From the NCBI GenBank assembly GCA_000708835.1, contig DF237519.1:1-58088 (forward strand): a stretch of DNA of 58,088 nucleotides, given 5' to 3'. The stretch is from Klebsormidium nitens. Lineage: Eukaryota > Plantae > Klebsormidiophyceae. How positions within the stretch are numbered: the stretch's first letter is position 1; each line of letters opens with the position of its first letter. Shown here piece after piece: positions 1-12,195 of this stretch. Position numbers and translations under genes: made by a program. The notes below the pieces were generated by a model, which saw only the letters and a program-made list of their open reading frames with translations, had not been told where the DNA came from and ran no database searches.

Positions 1-858
1 CACTTCGCGCGCCCACTCGCGGACTAAGCGTACTCGTTACCGGTGGTGCTAACAGCTAAGTGGCGGTCACGGGGAGACGGGGCAGTACACCGGTTGGTTT
101 CGTCATACCTAAATTACAAAAATCATGATGCACTGGCTTCCACTACCTAGGACCAGAAGCCACGTTCAACTTCCATCAGAGTCCAGACGGTATTATATGA
201 CAAAAAATCTGTGTGCCCTTTTTGGGTTCTGGTCATAGCTTCCACCAGGCTGCGACAGTGGCCATCTCTTCCTCCTTCCTGCATTGTTTGACACATGCAA
301 GGCCTCGTCTGGGCTGTTTGGGGTGTGCTCAGTGTGCTCTATCCTGACTCAGAGCAAGAAGTGCTTCCTGAAGTTCTGGTGTCGTCCGAGGGTCTTTAGA
401 AAAAGCCGCAAAAAATGCAGACCCTGGGTTAGCTGAATAGTGGGTTTGGCAAAATCCGGGCCAGGATATTGATGGCATGAGACGTTCACCTCTTGACAGT
501 TTTTAAGGTTACCTGTTCGAGCCATTGAACCCGCCGACCACTAATAATAGGCAAGTTAGCCACAGACCATGCTTTGAAAAGATGTATTCACACAGAAACC
601 ATCGGATCTGCTAGACAAGACGAGGTACCGGTGTGAATACCTTGATTTCATTACCCCGGAAACCAACTACGAGGGTTGACTGTAGAGGCTGCATGCAGCT
701 TTTCCCAGCTCGAAGTGGTGCACGCTTTTGTCATTGATCAGGAGTCTGTTGTCGCCTGCTTGCAGTGGCACCTCGCTTTGATCGTACATGACCGAGCCTG
801 AGAGTGCTGGATTGTGCCGCCTTATCCCGTTACAACCAGGAACACTTGGTGTCACAGA

Positions 859-3800
859 ATGCAGGAGGATCGGGGGGATCAAGCAGATGCCGTGGACTTT
901 GACAAAGAAGCTGTTCACGAGAAGGAGGAATTCCTACAAGGAGGTGTGTGTTTCAATCATATGCAGTTGGCCTTTGAGAGTGTCATATGAGAAACTTCCG
1001 AAACAATTTTTTGCTAGTTCACGCTGTTTTCAAAAATAGATGTTTCTTCCCACACTTTTTCATCGTCCCTTGCAGTCGTTTACCCACACCTCTATTGCAA
1101 CAGCTGGGATAGGATCCAGTCTCAAAATCGATCACACCAGAGTGCTTCGTTCAGCACTTTTTAGAAACTGAAGTGTGTGTGTAGAGTACGCTTTCTGGGT
1201 ATGGTCCTGAGCAGCGTGTCTCGTGAGGCACCTTTTAGGAGCGGTCCGTTCTTCCCTCACCTGTTCTTGTTGGGCTGGCCAGGTCATTGCTTCCAAACCA
1301 CATGAAGATCAGATTGACTGAAGGGCATTTTCTTAACTGACGGGCATTCTCTTGACCCGCGAGATGTTTGGGGCAATCTATCATCCCTTCCCTGAGTTCT
1401 AAGAGCCGCCTTCTATCCTGGTACCGCATATACATTCTGCAAATGCTTGCTTCGCTTAGGCTGGCTTTGTACTTAGGATAAGTGTCATGTTTCCCTGAAG
1501 CAAACTCATCTTTCTTGGGGTGTTTGGTCCTCTTCAAATCGATTTTGCTACGGGTATTTTGACACAAGCCTTGTCCTCAACCTACTTTCGTTTGCTCATG
1601 TCTAATATTCTGGATTCGCCGCTCTCAAGGTTCTTTCTCCTACCTCGACAAAACTCCGCTTCTGCACGCCAGAAAAGTCAATCTATGCACAAGCACTTGG
1701 ATTCAAGTTCAGTGTTCATTATTTCTTCTAAACGATTGTTTTCATTATGACTGAATTTGTCTGTACATGGTTGAAACCTTCTCATACTGATGCCCCTCCT
1801 TATCATAACCCCGGAAACTTGGATTAAGAAGGTGCTCCTCCATTGTGCAGTAACAGACGTGCTTCTCTGGAAGCGGCCGCTCCTCACCGTCCTCATGCTG
1901 GCGTCAGCAACCCTCTCGTACTACCACCTTGTCTTCCGCTACCCTGGGATTGTCTCGCTCGTGGCGGACGTGCTTCTGATTCTGACGTGCGCTGCTGGGG
2001 TAGTCAAGGTCGTGGCCAAGCAATTTGACATCAGGTGATTCTTCCTTCTCGCTTTTCTATTGTCTATATTCATTTCGAGAATGTGTCCACTGGGGCCTGT
2101 TACCAAACTATGTAGTGCAGGAATATTTTTACTGAAGTATGACTGCTTTGTCGATCTTCATCGCAGGGACTAGGCCTGGTTACGCCCTCCTAAAACTTTC
2201 TATGCTAAAGAAAACTGTCTGGAGATAGCCACTATCCTGTAGTAGTAGCATTACTGTCCTCCTTCTACTACTCCAGAGTGGGACCCAGAACGAGCTCTCT
2301 GGATTACGTCCATGGTTCAATCAGTCTTGGAGTTGTCTTCGAGTTAAACTTCCATAGCCATTTTTGTATATTAAACAAGGCCCCCGAAAAGACAGTTTCT
2401 TGAAGACTCGGTCACCTCTGTCCTGCAAAGGTTGCCACATTCAAGGTAAATCAGACCTATGTTCGTTGTTGCATGCGAATCTCGAGCTCGCCCTTCCAAA
2501 GCCGGTCTTTTGCTCAAAAGCAAGGGTGCTTTGAACATCAGTCTGCAGGACCAAGCAGATGCATTCCCTGTTCGCAGCCTCCGGTATGTGCCCCGGAGAG
2601 GAGTGTCCAAATCCTCGTTTTTTAGCCTATCCCATCTTGGAGGTACGGTCCAGAGCCTGACTCTTAAAACAGATTCTGGCCTTATATTCATCCGAAACAA
2701 GGCTTTCGGGACAAAACTTTGGTCCGCAAGATCGGACGGTTGCTTTTTTGACAGCCGCCTTCCTTATGCGCCCCGGTTTGGGTTGGTTTTTACCCATCGT
2801 TCGAGTTTTGGGGAACTGGTCCCAACCTGTCCTAAAACCAACCTTTTATGCGGAAAGTTTAATTATCCGAGAGATTCTGTCTCCCGAATCATAATTCACA
2901 AAACAAACCCGTTCCTCCTCTGCAGTCTCCAGGACGTTCCACCGTACGAGGTGTCCGAAACCACGTCCGTGTGCATCGTTGCGTCCATCGTTAACACACT
3001 GGGGGCCGCAGAGGGCGTCCTAAGGGGGGCCGCCAACGGGCAGGACTGGAAGCTGTACGGCAAGGTGAAGTCCTGGCGAAACTTGACTTGATTCATGAAA
3101 AAGAAACGAAATCTGGCTTCATTTTGTTCCTTAAATTTCAAGGTTCGTCGCTGCTGTGCTTCTTCGCCGCTCCTCCTCCGTTTTTTCCTGCCAGCCTCCA
3201 GTGGTTTCTTCGAAGATGCGTGTCAAGTAGCTATGATGGCGGTCAGTAACTTTCTGGCGGGAGTATCGGACCCGTTCACTTTTGACACGTTCAGCCTGTT
3301 TTCTTGAATTCTTCCTTCAGTATGCTTTTGTTTTCAAGGCAATCCGCTCGTGGGCGCCGCTCCTTCGTGTGTCTCAGCTCCTAGACTCCCTCTGCGAGGC
3401 GTCTTGTGAAGTTCGCACATGGGTGTGTCGTTTCGGATATTAAGACGTGAGATCGCGCTGCATTTCAGGGCTCTGCCTCCTTGCTAGCGAAGCTTTTGCA
3501 GTGCTCGACATGCTGTGCCGCTTCGCTTCCACGATTGACCACCGTTGAATGCCTATTGAACGGTCTTGCCTTGTACGAGGCTCTCTCGATTGCGTTTGAA
3601 GGGGTGTCCTCGACCGTTGATCGCCCTCCCATTGCGAAGGAATCAGATACAATCTTTTCGAAATAAAAGATTACAAATACCCCGCTGGATCTTCTGACCA
3701 TGTGACCATGGGCCATCATTTTCAGCAAGGCTTTGCAAGAGTTGGGTTCAAAGTGGGTTTGGTCCGCTGTGACAAATGGTCCGAGATCGTCCCTCTGCTC

Positions 3801-4872
3801 AATCCTTGATCTGTCCTGCGCACTGCTCAAGACTGGACGAAGTGACTATCTTCGAGAGCAGAAATTGATGTCTTTTTTCGCTTCTTTTCTGACGTCTCTT
3901 CCGTATACAGGTCTGCGTAAGCCTGTACATAGCGTCGATTGTCGGACGGGCAGCCTCGGGGGCGACCGTTCTGTTCCTAGGCAAGTCTTCCTATCTCAGT
4001 CTCTCCCATCTCCGGGTCGCCCTTTTTCACGAATCGCCAGAGGATTTAGAGGGTCTCACAAGAGACTTGTTTCGGCAATTGCTTGTAGGTTTGGTTGGAA
4101 AGAGGCGTGCTTGGGTGTCAGGGGTGCAGGCGTGCAGGGGGAAACGGGGGCGTTTGACACGTCATACGTTCCTTTATGTTGGCTTTAGGCGGCTGTCTCG
4201 TTATTCGTTACCAAGTCGGAAGCGGATTCTGCACTATACTGCTCTCCTTAGTACTAAATCCAAGTAGCGACGCGACTGGCTGGAGAGTGGATTGTCATTG
4301 ACGGTCTCGAAACTAGTGGCTAGTTGCAATCTGAAAGACCCACGTCGCTGCTTCTCTTACCTTCTCATTGAGGATTGTTATGACAACCTATGCTAGGAGA
4401 CAGTCCTGCGTGAGTTTCTATGACATTGGGTTGAAGCTTCTTCCATTCGGCTTCATTGTAGGCTCTGTCATGCGGTCTTGCCTCTGCAATCTGCAGATCA
4501 AAGATCACAGTATATCAAGTGGCTGCAAATTAGCAGCGGTCACACAATCGCACTGCTTTTGCCACTACGTCTGCAGAACGTCGGGAGAGGCTGAAGATCC
4601 GTTAAGGACCGGGTGCGAGAACCCGCCAACTGTTCTTGATGGTCCAAATGCAACGACAAAGTGCTTTCGGCAGGGCCTCACGTACTCTATTCTCTGCAGG
4701 CACTTGGCTGCTGTTTCTGCTGCCCCCTCTGTTCAGATTGTTGCCATTACCTGAGCTAGCGAAAGAAATGGACTTGGCGGAGCCGCCACCCGGGCAAACG
4801 TACGAAGATGTGGAGGACGTCCTGCTGCCCGCTCTGAGTCGGATAACCACTCCCCGACCATCGCTTCAATAA
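859..4872 (+). CDS. Reticulon-like protein (RTNLB22/23-like), 5 coding exons, ~216 aa
   Basis: Model join(859..943,1851..2034,2926..3064,3911..3980,4700..4872); phases match at all four introns. The translation contains the reticulon motifs VTDVLLWKRP, LSYYHLVFRYPGIVSLVADVLLIL, VNTLGAAEGVLRGAANGQDWKLYGKV and SLYIASIVGRAASGATVLFLG. Intron 4 has a GC donor. The first exon and start codon are the least certain part. Confidence 0.85.
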
Positions 4873-6769
4873 GCCAGGGTGGTCAAGAGCATTGGATCTT
4901 TGTTGAAATTATCAATGTGCTGGTCATTTTAAGGAAGTAAACCCACATGCTTTGTCCGGTCAACCATGTCTTCAAAAAGGCCCAACCTTACAAGCATGCA
5001 TTCGATTGTGTGCAATGTCGTCCAGATTCCGTCTGAGTTCAACGTTCATCCTGATGTACGATGTGAATCAAAGCGTGACACTCTGGAGGTTCATGACCAT
5101 TCAATTGGTCCAGCATTCATGTATTTATGCAATGCCAGCCGCTATTGGCGTTAGTGACTGCCTGGCACTGGCGCGTGTGGATTGAATGACATGCATGTGC
5201 CATGGACTCAGCCGCAGGAGATCCTCAATGTGATCATTCCCAAAGCATGGCCGCCCGGGGAAGTTGATGGCGAGGCCACATGGCCGGTCACTAGCTCACG
5301 CCTTTGCAGATCAAATATCGAAATGGGGTAGCGCTAGCGCTTTATAACTCGAGCCTACAGTCTCGACGAGTGACCGCGCGGCCGTCATATAATTAAAGCT
5401 GCATGCATGGCTGATTGATCCGCCATGCAGATTACTTGATTGTACTTGACTGCGTGCGCGCCCATGCAGAACTGCTCCAAGCTTTTTTTGGGGAAAACGG
5501 GAGTTTTAATTTTACAGATCACGATGTAGGCTGCAATTGGCTCGATGAAGAGCTCTCGCGTTTGCAACTGTTCGAGTACCTAATAACAGCCAGGCTAACA
5601 TATTCATGCATCCAGCCTCACTTTCTGCACATCAAAGAATTGACCATGATGAAGACGTTGCCTACTAAAGAATATAGAATAGATAGATATTGCATGTGGT
5701 ACTGCAGATTAGGTGCATCATTGCAAACTTGAATTCGAGATTCTAGATCAATTCAACTTAACAGCTCCCACTCTTATAAGTGCGGCCAAGTTATTAGCAG
5801 TCTGCCTAGAAATCCAAGCCTGAGAAGATGGTCTTTGGACACAAATATCCGTACAGCTCATGTCTCTGTCCAGAGGAGCGACTAGCCCTCACCATTGCTC
5901 ATATCAGCTGCTACTTGCGAACCTTTAGTCTTGCATGATAATCAATTGACTGTACCTAAACGTGTCGCTACTTAAGCAATATGATCTGCTACAGTAAAGC
6001 TGAACTCTCTGTTATCTATGCTGAGCCTACCAACGACCACAACCCGCCTACTTGCTGCTTCTTATTTTGCGCGTACACTGGCTCCTATTTTACACCTTAC
6101 CGACCTCTAGTCAAAAACGAGGCCACTCAAGCCTGATATGCCAAATGAATGAGACTAACTCCAAAGCTCAGTCTTACCCTACAATACGAGGAGCGATCCT
6201 GCTACGCCCGCCAAAGACCTCCTTTTGCTTATTACTGGGGTCAGAAGACTGGGGCTTCCTCGCCGCGCACCGAATCACTTAGCAAACGAAAGAAGATATG
6301 TCGACTTGCACTACCGCACTCTGTCTGTGAATGATGCCTCCTCATGGCGTGGTCAGGGCTTACTTTCTTACTTGCGTACTCTCTTTTTTTTTCTCACAAT
6401 TTGTACAGCGCTAATCTCTCCGCTGCTCTTACTGGGGCCGCCATCGAACTTGTCATCTGGTGACCATCAAGCTCTGTCAACGGCCGTCCCCCTGGCTCCG
6501 TTTGACGCGACAAATTCCACCCATTCGCCCCAACCACGCGTTTCCTTCTTCCTGCTTTGCCGTTTCGGCACTCTGCTCTTAGCACTTCTTCAATATCGCT
6601 CTTCTCTTGTCCACCCAAACCCGCCGTCATATCAGACCCGACCTCCAACAGACCTTACCAAACCCATCCTTTTCCACTTCAAACCGAACCTCGTCTCCGA
6701 CTGCGCCCCCGCCTCGATCCTCCCCCATCTCCCCAATACCGTTAAATTCCACCCTTTTTCAGAAACTCA

Positions 6770-6904
6770 GATCCCCGTCCTCAACCCCTAGACCCCCGCC
6801 CTCAGAGCTCTGAACCCTTTTTCTCAAATCCTAACCCCTCTTCCTCATAGCCGTACTCCCCACCCGCTCAAACCCTTAACCAACGCCCCGAACCCTAACC
6901 CCCC
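6770..6904 (-). repeat. Degenerate telomere-like (GGGTT/TTAGGG) G-rich tract just after the CID7-like stop
   Basis: The plus strand shows aaccctaacc, aacccttaac, cctaacccc, aaccccta and gaaccct within about 130 bp. The units are imperfect and not in register. Confidence 0.5.
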
Positions 6905-9900
6905 TCAAACCAGAATCCTCAGCAATCCCGGCTGCGGCTCCGAGAAGTTGACCCGCTCCTCCTGCAGGAACTGCTCCACTGCCAGGGGCAGTCTCGCGGG
7001 CGTTCTCGCCCCCTTGGTGTGATGCCCCGTCCCGACGACGACGTAAATCTGCTGGCGCTGACGGGTGTGCGCGGCCTGCGCCTTCAGAGCGGCGAGTTCG
7101 CGCTTCAGGATGGGGATCGCTTCTGCCACGTGGAGGCCATGGAGGTCCAGCATCGGGGGATCCCCCGGGCGCCGGGGGTTGCGCTCAGCAAAGATGGCCT
7201 CGCCGGCGCGCGCATGGGCAGCCTAAAATGGAGAAGGAAGCAGATCTTAGAGCGAGTCAAAAGAGCAATGAAACTGGGACGACAAGCCAGCCAATAATTG
7301 GCAATTTTTGACAAGAGTGAAGAGCCGAAAGGCCGGGTGAACAGGGCTGCGGAAAGGCTGGGGAACTGGAAACTAAAATCGCTTTCGCTTGAGATGAGGC
7401 TGGGTCCCAGATGATAGCCAAAGTCCGCAAAAGCTCATGTGCAAAAGCACTTCAGCTCTTGTTTGCAACGGCCGTGAATCGCATCTCGTCGAGAGACAAA
7501 GAAGCACATTTAAGCAACATGACGACGCGCACAGTAGCAGGAAAACAAGAGCAGAATAGCAAGCGACGACTGCCCACCTTCATCCTCTCGTTGTGCCACT
7601 GCCCCTTGGCGCTCAGCTGCTTCGCGAGGGCCTTGTTTCCGGCAAGATACGCCGCAGTCGCCTGCTCAAAGCATGCGTTTCTCGCCCTCGCATAATCGCG
7701 CGCCTCATCCCTCAGCTGGCCGTACATTCCCGCAACGGCATCCCCAGTTTCGAGCCAGGGGGGTGGAGACTCCCCACGAGGGACCCCCCTGGGGAAGTCG
7801 CTCCGGCGCGGGGGGGGTGCATCGTAGGCCCAGCGGCTGGGGGCGTTTTGGGCGGCGGCGGCCTTGCGGACAGCGGCGGCGAAGTCTTGGACGTCTGCCT
7901 CTCTGCAAGTGGGAGAGATTTGACGAGGATGAGAACGACATTTGGTCGTAAGGGTACTTTAGCAATGCTTTAGAGGCTCCCTTTGGAACCTTTTACCATT
8001 GCCGTGTGCTTTCTTGAGATGTTCTTGATGGTGCCCACAGACAAAACGTACGAAGTGTCGAGGACACTCTTTCTAGGATTCCATCAGACACTCTTGGGCA
8101 GCACTCGCCAGACTTTGGGTCACGACGCATCAAGTGACACCGATCTCATCTGAGGGAGAAGCTGACCAAACGGACAAAGGCTTCAATCCTGACTTCAACC
8201 TATAACCAGTCTATGATTCAAAGCCCGTTGCATAGAGGAACTTAACAGCAGACAATGGCTCCAACGACTAAGCCTTACCTGGCTTCTCTGTGGGATGGGA
8301 ATGGTGGTTCTCCTCCCCCAAGGGCAGGGAAGTCGTTCATGCCCAGGGAAGGAGGCGGCGGCGGGGGCTGGCGTCTCCTGACAGCACTGTTGCCCTCCTG
8401 CACCTGGGGTACAGAACGAAGATACTTTGAGAAATTATTCGACCCAGAAGCTATCGGCACTAGTCACGCCAATCCAGGATTTTCCCCAATTTTTGACACG
8501 ACAAGAAGATCTTAGTGAATGACAAGAGAGAAAGTGATTAGGGAAGGTTCTGGACGCAGCACAAAACAAGCACAATCACAAGCAGATAGAAAAAAGCCAG
8601 AACTCGACTTGACTTAACAGTGGAAACAACTCTGAACAACCCAAAGTTCTGACATTACAGTGCGCAAGATGTTATGACGTTCACCCAACCTTCGCAATCC
8701 TAAAGCTATACCCACCTCGAGCTGAGTCAGCATCTCCATTGTCAGCGCCAGGTCACAACCGTTGGAGAAGAAAATCTCCGCCAGTCCCTCCGCAGGGAAC
8801 CCTGGGAATTCCGCCGCCAGAACTTGCACGGGATCCGGCCCCGTCTCCTCAATAGGTGGACCCCTCATGCCCCCGCCCCTCATCGGACTGGGGGGGAAGT
8901 CGTATCCAAGAGGGGGGGGTGGACCGCGGGGCGATGGGAACCCCCTGCCGAAGCCCCGAGGACCAAACGCCGGGTCGAAGTCCGGTCTCATGCCGCGGGG
9001 GGATGGGAACGGGGGGTGGTCGAACCCCCTGTCGAAGCGGGGGGGAGGGCCGTCGTCGAGCCGGCCCCTGGGGGGTGGCGCGTCGAAGAACTCGCCGAAG
9101 CCAGGACGGACTGGCTCGCCCATGTAGTCTAGAGGGGGGGGTCCGTCGAACGGCCGGTTGAAACCGAAGGGGGGGGGTCCCCGCAGGTTCTCGCGGCTGG
9201 GGGTGCGGTGCGCGAAGGGGGGGGGACCTGGGGGGGCGGACGGGCCCAGCGCAAATCGCGGACTGCCCCCCGGGGGGGAGTGGTCCAGGGGAGGGGGTCC
9301 GCGGAAGGGGGGGGCAAACATTGCGTCGCGACGGGGAGAGGGGGGGATGCCAAGGCTGCCTTCGCTCCCCCTGCGGTGGAAAAGGGGGCCCTCGCGGGGG
9401 CTGAAGTCGGGGGGGAAGGGGGCGCTGTGTTCGGGGAGCGTGCGGCCCCCCCTGAAACGGGGGTCGAAGCGGCCCTCCTCGGAGAGGTCCATGGCCAGGG
9501 GGGGCAGGCGGGCGAGGTCATCGTGGAGCCTGTACGAAAAAGGAAAAGGGGCGTTGTCAGATTGGCTCAAACTACACCGACCAGACTTTGTAATGTTGAA
9601 AGCAAACAAGGATGGCCCTGACAAGATCCAAGTAACGGTTGTTCGGATTGGTTCTGCAACAGTACCAGCGGTCATGACATCGACTCGAATTGATCAGGAG
9701 TTGCGAAAGTGACAATCAGCTGAACAGAAAATTTGATCAGAAACACAATTGCTATGATAGAAAGCCAAAGCCACAACCTTTTACTTCCATAAACCGTGGC
9801 AAGCTTTCATATCCGAAGAACTTCAGAAAGCAGACAAGCTCAGCAGCACACTGACCTGCGGTCAGCCTCAAACTGCGCGCGCCTCATGTCCTCTTGGCTG

Positions 9901-12195
9901 CGCCTCCCGTCGTCTGGCACTCTGATAGGCATGCCCATGCTCTCCCCCCTCATCGAGTTCATCGAGACACTCCTGTTAATCTCAGCACCCCGCAGCACAT
10001 CGTCATACGCACCAGGGGGGAAGGCCCGAGACTGGGCCCCAGGGCTGTGGCTCCCCCCTGAAAGAGTGCTCGGGCTGCCCCCCCGCGCCAAACTTGCGCC
10101 GAAGATCATCTCGTCGCTCATCTTGAGAAGGTCCCTCGGGAGCGACTCCTCGCCAAAGTGGAAATCCTCCGGGAGGCCGCCGAAGGGGGGCTCTGGCGCG
10201 CCCGTGTTGATCTTCCGGGGGGCAGACATCGCTGGTATCTCGACCCCCTCACTCCCTGGGCTCTCTGACAGGGGGGCTTGAGAGTCCGCCTTCTCTGACT
10301 CGCTCTTGCCCCCCTGAGGAGGTACAAACTCGGCCGCATTGGGGTTGAGACTCAGTGCCGCCAGCTGTAAGCTCGTCAGCCCACTATCCTCGTCCCAGGG
10401 GGATCCCCCATGCCCCAGCTCTTCCTTCTCCTCACCCCCCTTTTTTTGCCCCTCATTCACCCCCCCCTCCTCGTCATCCGAAGACGAAGCCTCCGGGCTG
10501 CTTTTAGAACTGGGCCGCTGGGCCTGTGCCAAGGCCAGGCCACTGAGGGCCTCTTTCTTGCTAAGGGACTCCAGGCTGCTCGGGCTGGTCATGTCAGAAA
10601 GCGGGCTCTTTGGGCTGCACTCAAAGATATCCTGGTCAGCCTTAACCTCGTGCTTAATCAGCGCCAAACCCTCGTTCTTGACCATCGGCATACCCAGCTC
10701 AAACATCCCCTCCGGAAGCTGCTTCTGGGCTCCCTCGCTCAAGAGGCGCGACGTCTCAATCTTTCCCGGCGCGCTTTCCGACACGTTGAACCCCGTGAAC
10801 CCCAGCGAATCCAGCCCCGCCAGACCTCCATTCCCCCACAGACCCTTGACCCCCTTCACCGGCACAGGTACCCCTTTTGCATTTTCCGGCCCATCTTCGT
10901 TAGACTGCCCGTTCTCCCCAACCACTGACAGGGCGCCACCTGGCACATAGCTCGACTCGACACTTGTCGCACTCAGGTCCTTCGCCGCCAGCTCCTTCTT
11001 GTCCTCGTGGTCCGAGGCTCTGCTGGCAACCGAACAGCTGCTGGCTGGGCGGCTGAGGCCCCCAAACGGGGGGGTGCTTTTCCCCTCTTCCTTGCCCCCC
11101 GGAGACTTCCGAGCAAGAGGAACTGGGGCAACTAGATTGGCCGCATTGTTGAGCTCAGCAGAGCTAGCGCTTGAGAAGTTGGAAATCGCCGACATGCTGC
11201 GCTTCATAGCGGGGTTGAGAGAAGATGAGGAACTAGATAGGGAGAAGTTGGAGCTCCAGTAGTCGCGGTAGTCGTCCCGCGGCTTCCCGGCAGCGGCGTT
11301 GCATCGAATTTGCTCGAGGAGGCCTTGCACCCGGCCCTCAAGGCCATCCATTCGCAGCTGGAAAAACAGGAATTGACACTCTGTTCGCAAAAGCAAGCAG
11401 GATGCTAGAACATGGTGATTCAAGTGTCAAATTGCTGAAGCTATGAAGGAGAGGGACATGGGCCAACATTCACCAAAGTAGAGATGGTCAAAATGGGAGT
11501 CCACTGCTTTGAACGAGGAATGTACTTGAAAGTTACACGGAAGGTACCGTGTGAACTCAGAGCTCGGATGCAGCCGTGGTTCAAACATGCTGCAAGAGAC
11601 CCAGATAGTGTCCTGGTCTCACCATCTGTGATCACAAATAAGAGCTCTTTTTAGCTACACACGAGCAACGAATACAACATGAATCAGTTGAGCTGATGAA
11701 AATTTGCATCTGTCACTCACTGTTGGAAGGAAAAGGTGGAGGTTTTCTGTCACTGCTTGAGTGCTCTTGCCATTCTTGTGTTGCATTGCCTCCTCAAAGA
11801 TGATTCTGCACATCAGAGTACTAGTTTAGGTTAATTTCTGGATCAAGACCTTGGCACAATTCTGCAGCGCGATCCAGCTGGCGGCAAAATACAGCCAAGC
11901 AGATTTGACAAAAAGGTCAATTTCACGATCGGCTTTGTCAATACACGTTACACGGGATTTGCATTAAATGGCTGCTGACACAAGAGAGACGGTCTCCGGT
12001 GGGATTGCATTTCCCACTCTATGATCGTCCCCCATCAAAACTTATTCTGCTAATGAACATATAGTGAACAGAACCCAATACTCACTCGCTCAGATAATCC
12101 ACCACGGGCTCGTCCAGCTCGCTGTTCGTCTCCCAGAGGAAACGCGCCACCGCCGGGCGCGCTGCATCAGAAGCCTTCACCTCTGGCGCTCCCAT
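6905..12195 (-). CDS. CID7: CID7-like PABP-interacting protein (PAM2, CUE-like, DUF1771, Smr), 7 coding exons, ~1092 aa
   Basis: complement(join(6905..7222,7578..7902,8279..8403,8716..9529,9856..11357,11721..11805,12086..12195)) = 3279 nt, with GT-AG introns and consistent phases. Motifs: PAM2 SLNPNAAEFVP; CUE-like VLAAEFPGFPAEGLAEIFFSNGCDLALTMEMLTQLE; PWLETGDAVAGMYGQLRDEARDYARARNACFEQA (DUF1771); Smr LDLHGLHVAEA...VVGTGHH. An in-frame ATG at 12222 is an alternative start. Confidence 0.88.

Noticed and set aside
2459-3091. 210-aa single ORF
   Set aside because: Only 2926-3064 is reticulon exon; the rest is intron that happens to be open.
8762-11262. Long plus-strand ORFs (e.g. 9158..9712, 10339..10950)
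   Set aside because: They are antisense shadows of the GC-rich CID7-like exons and show no motifs.
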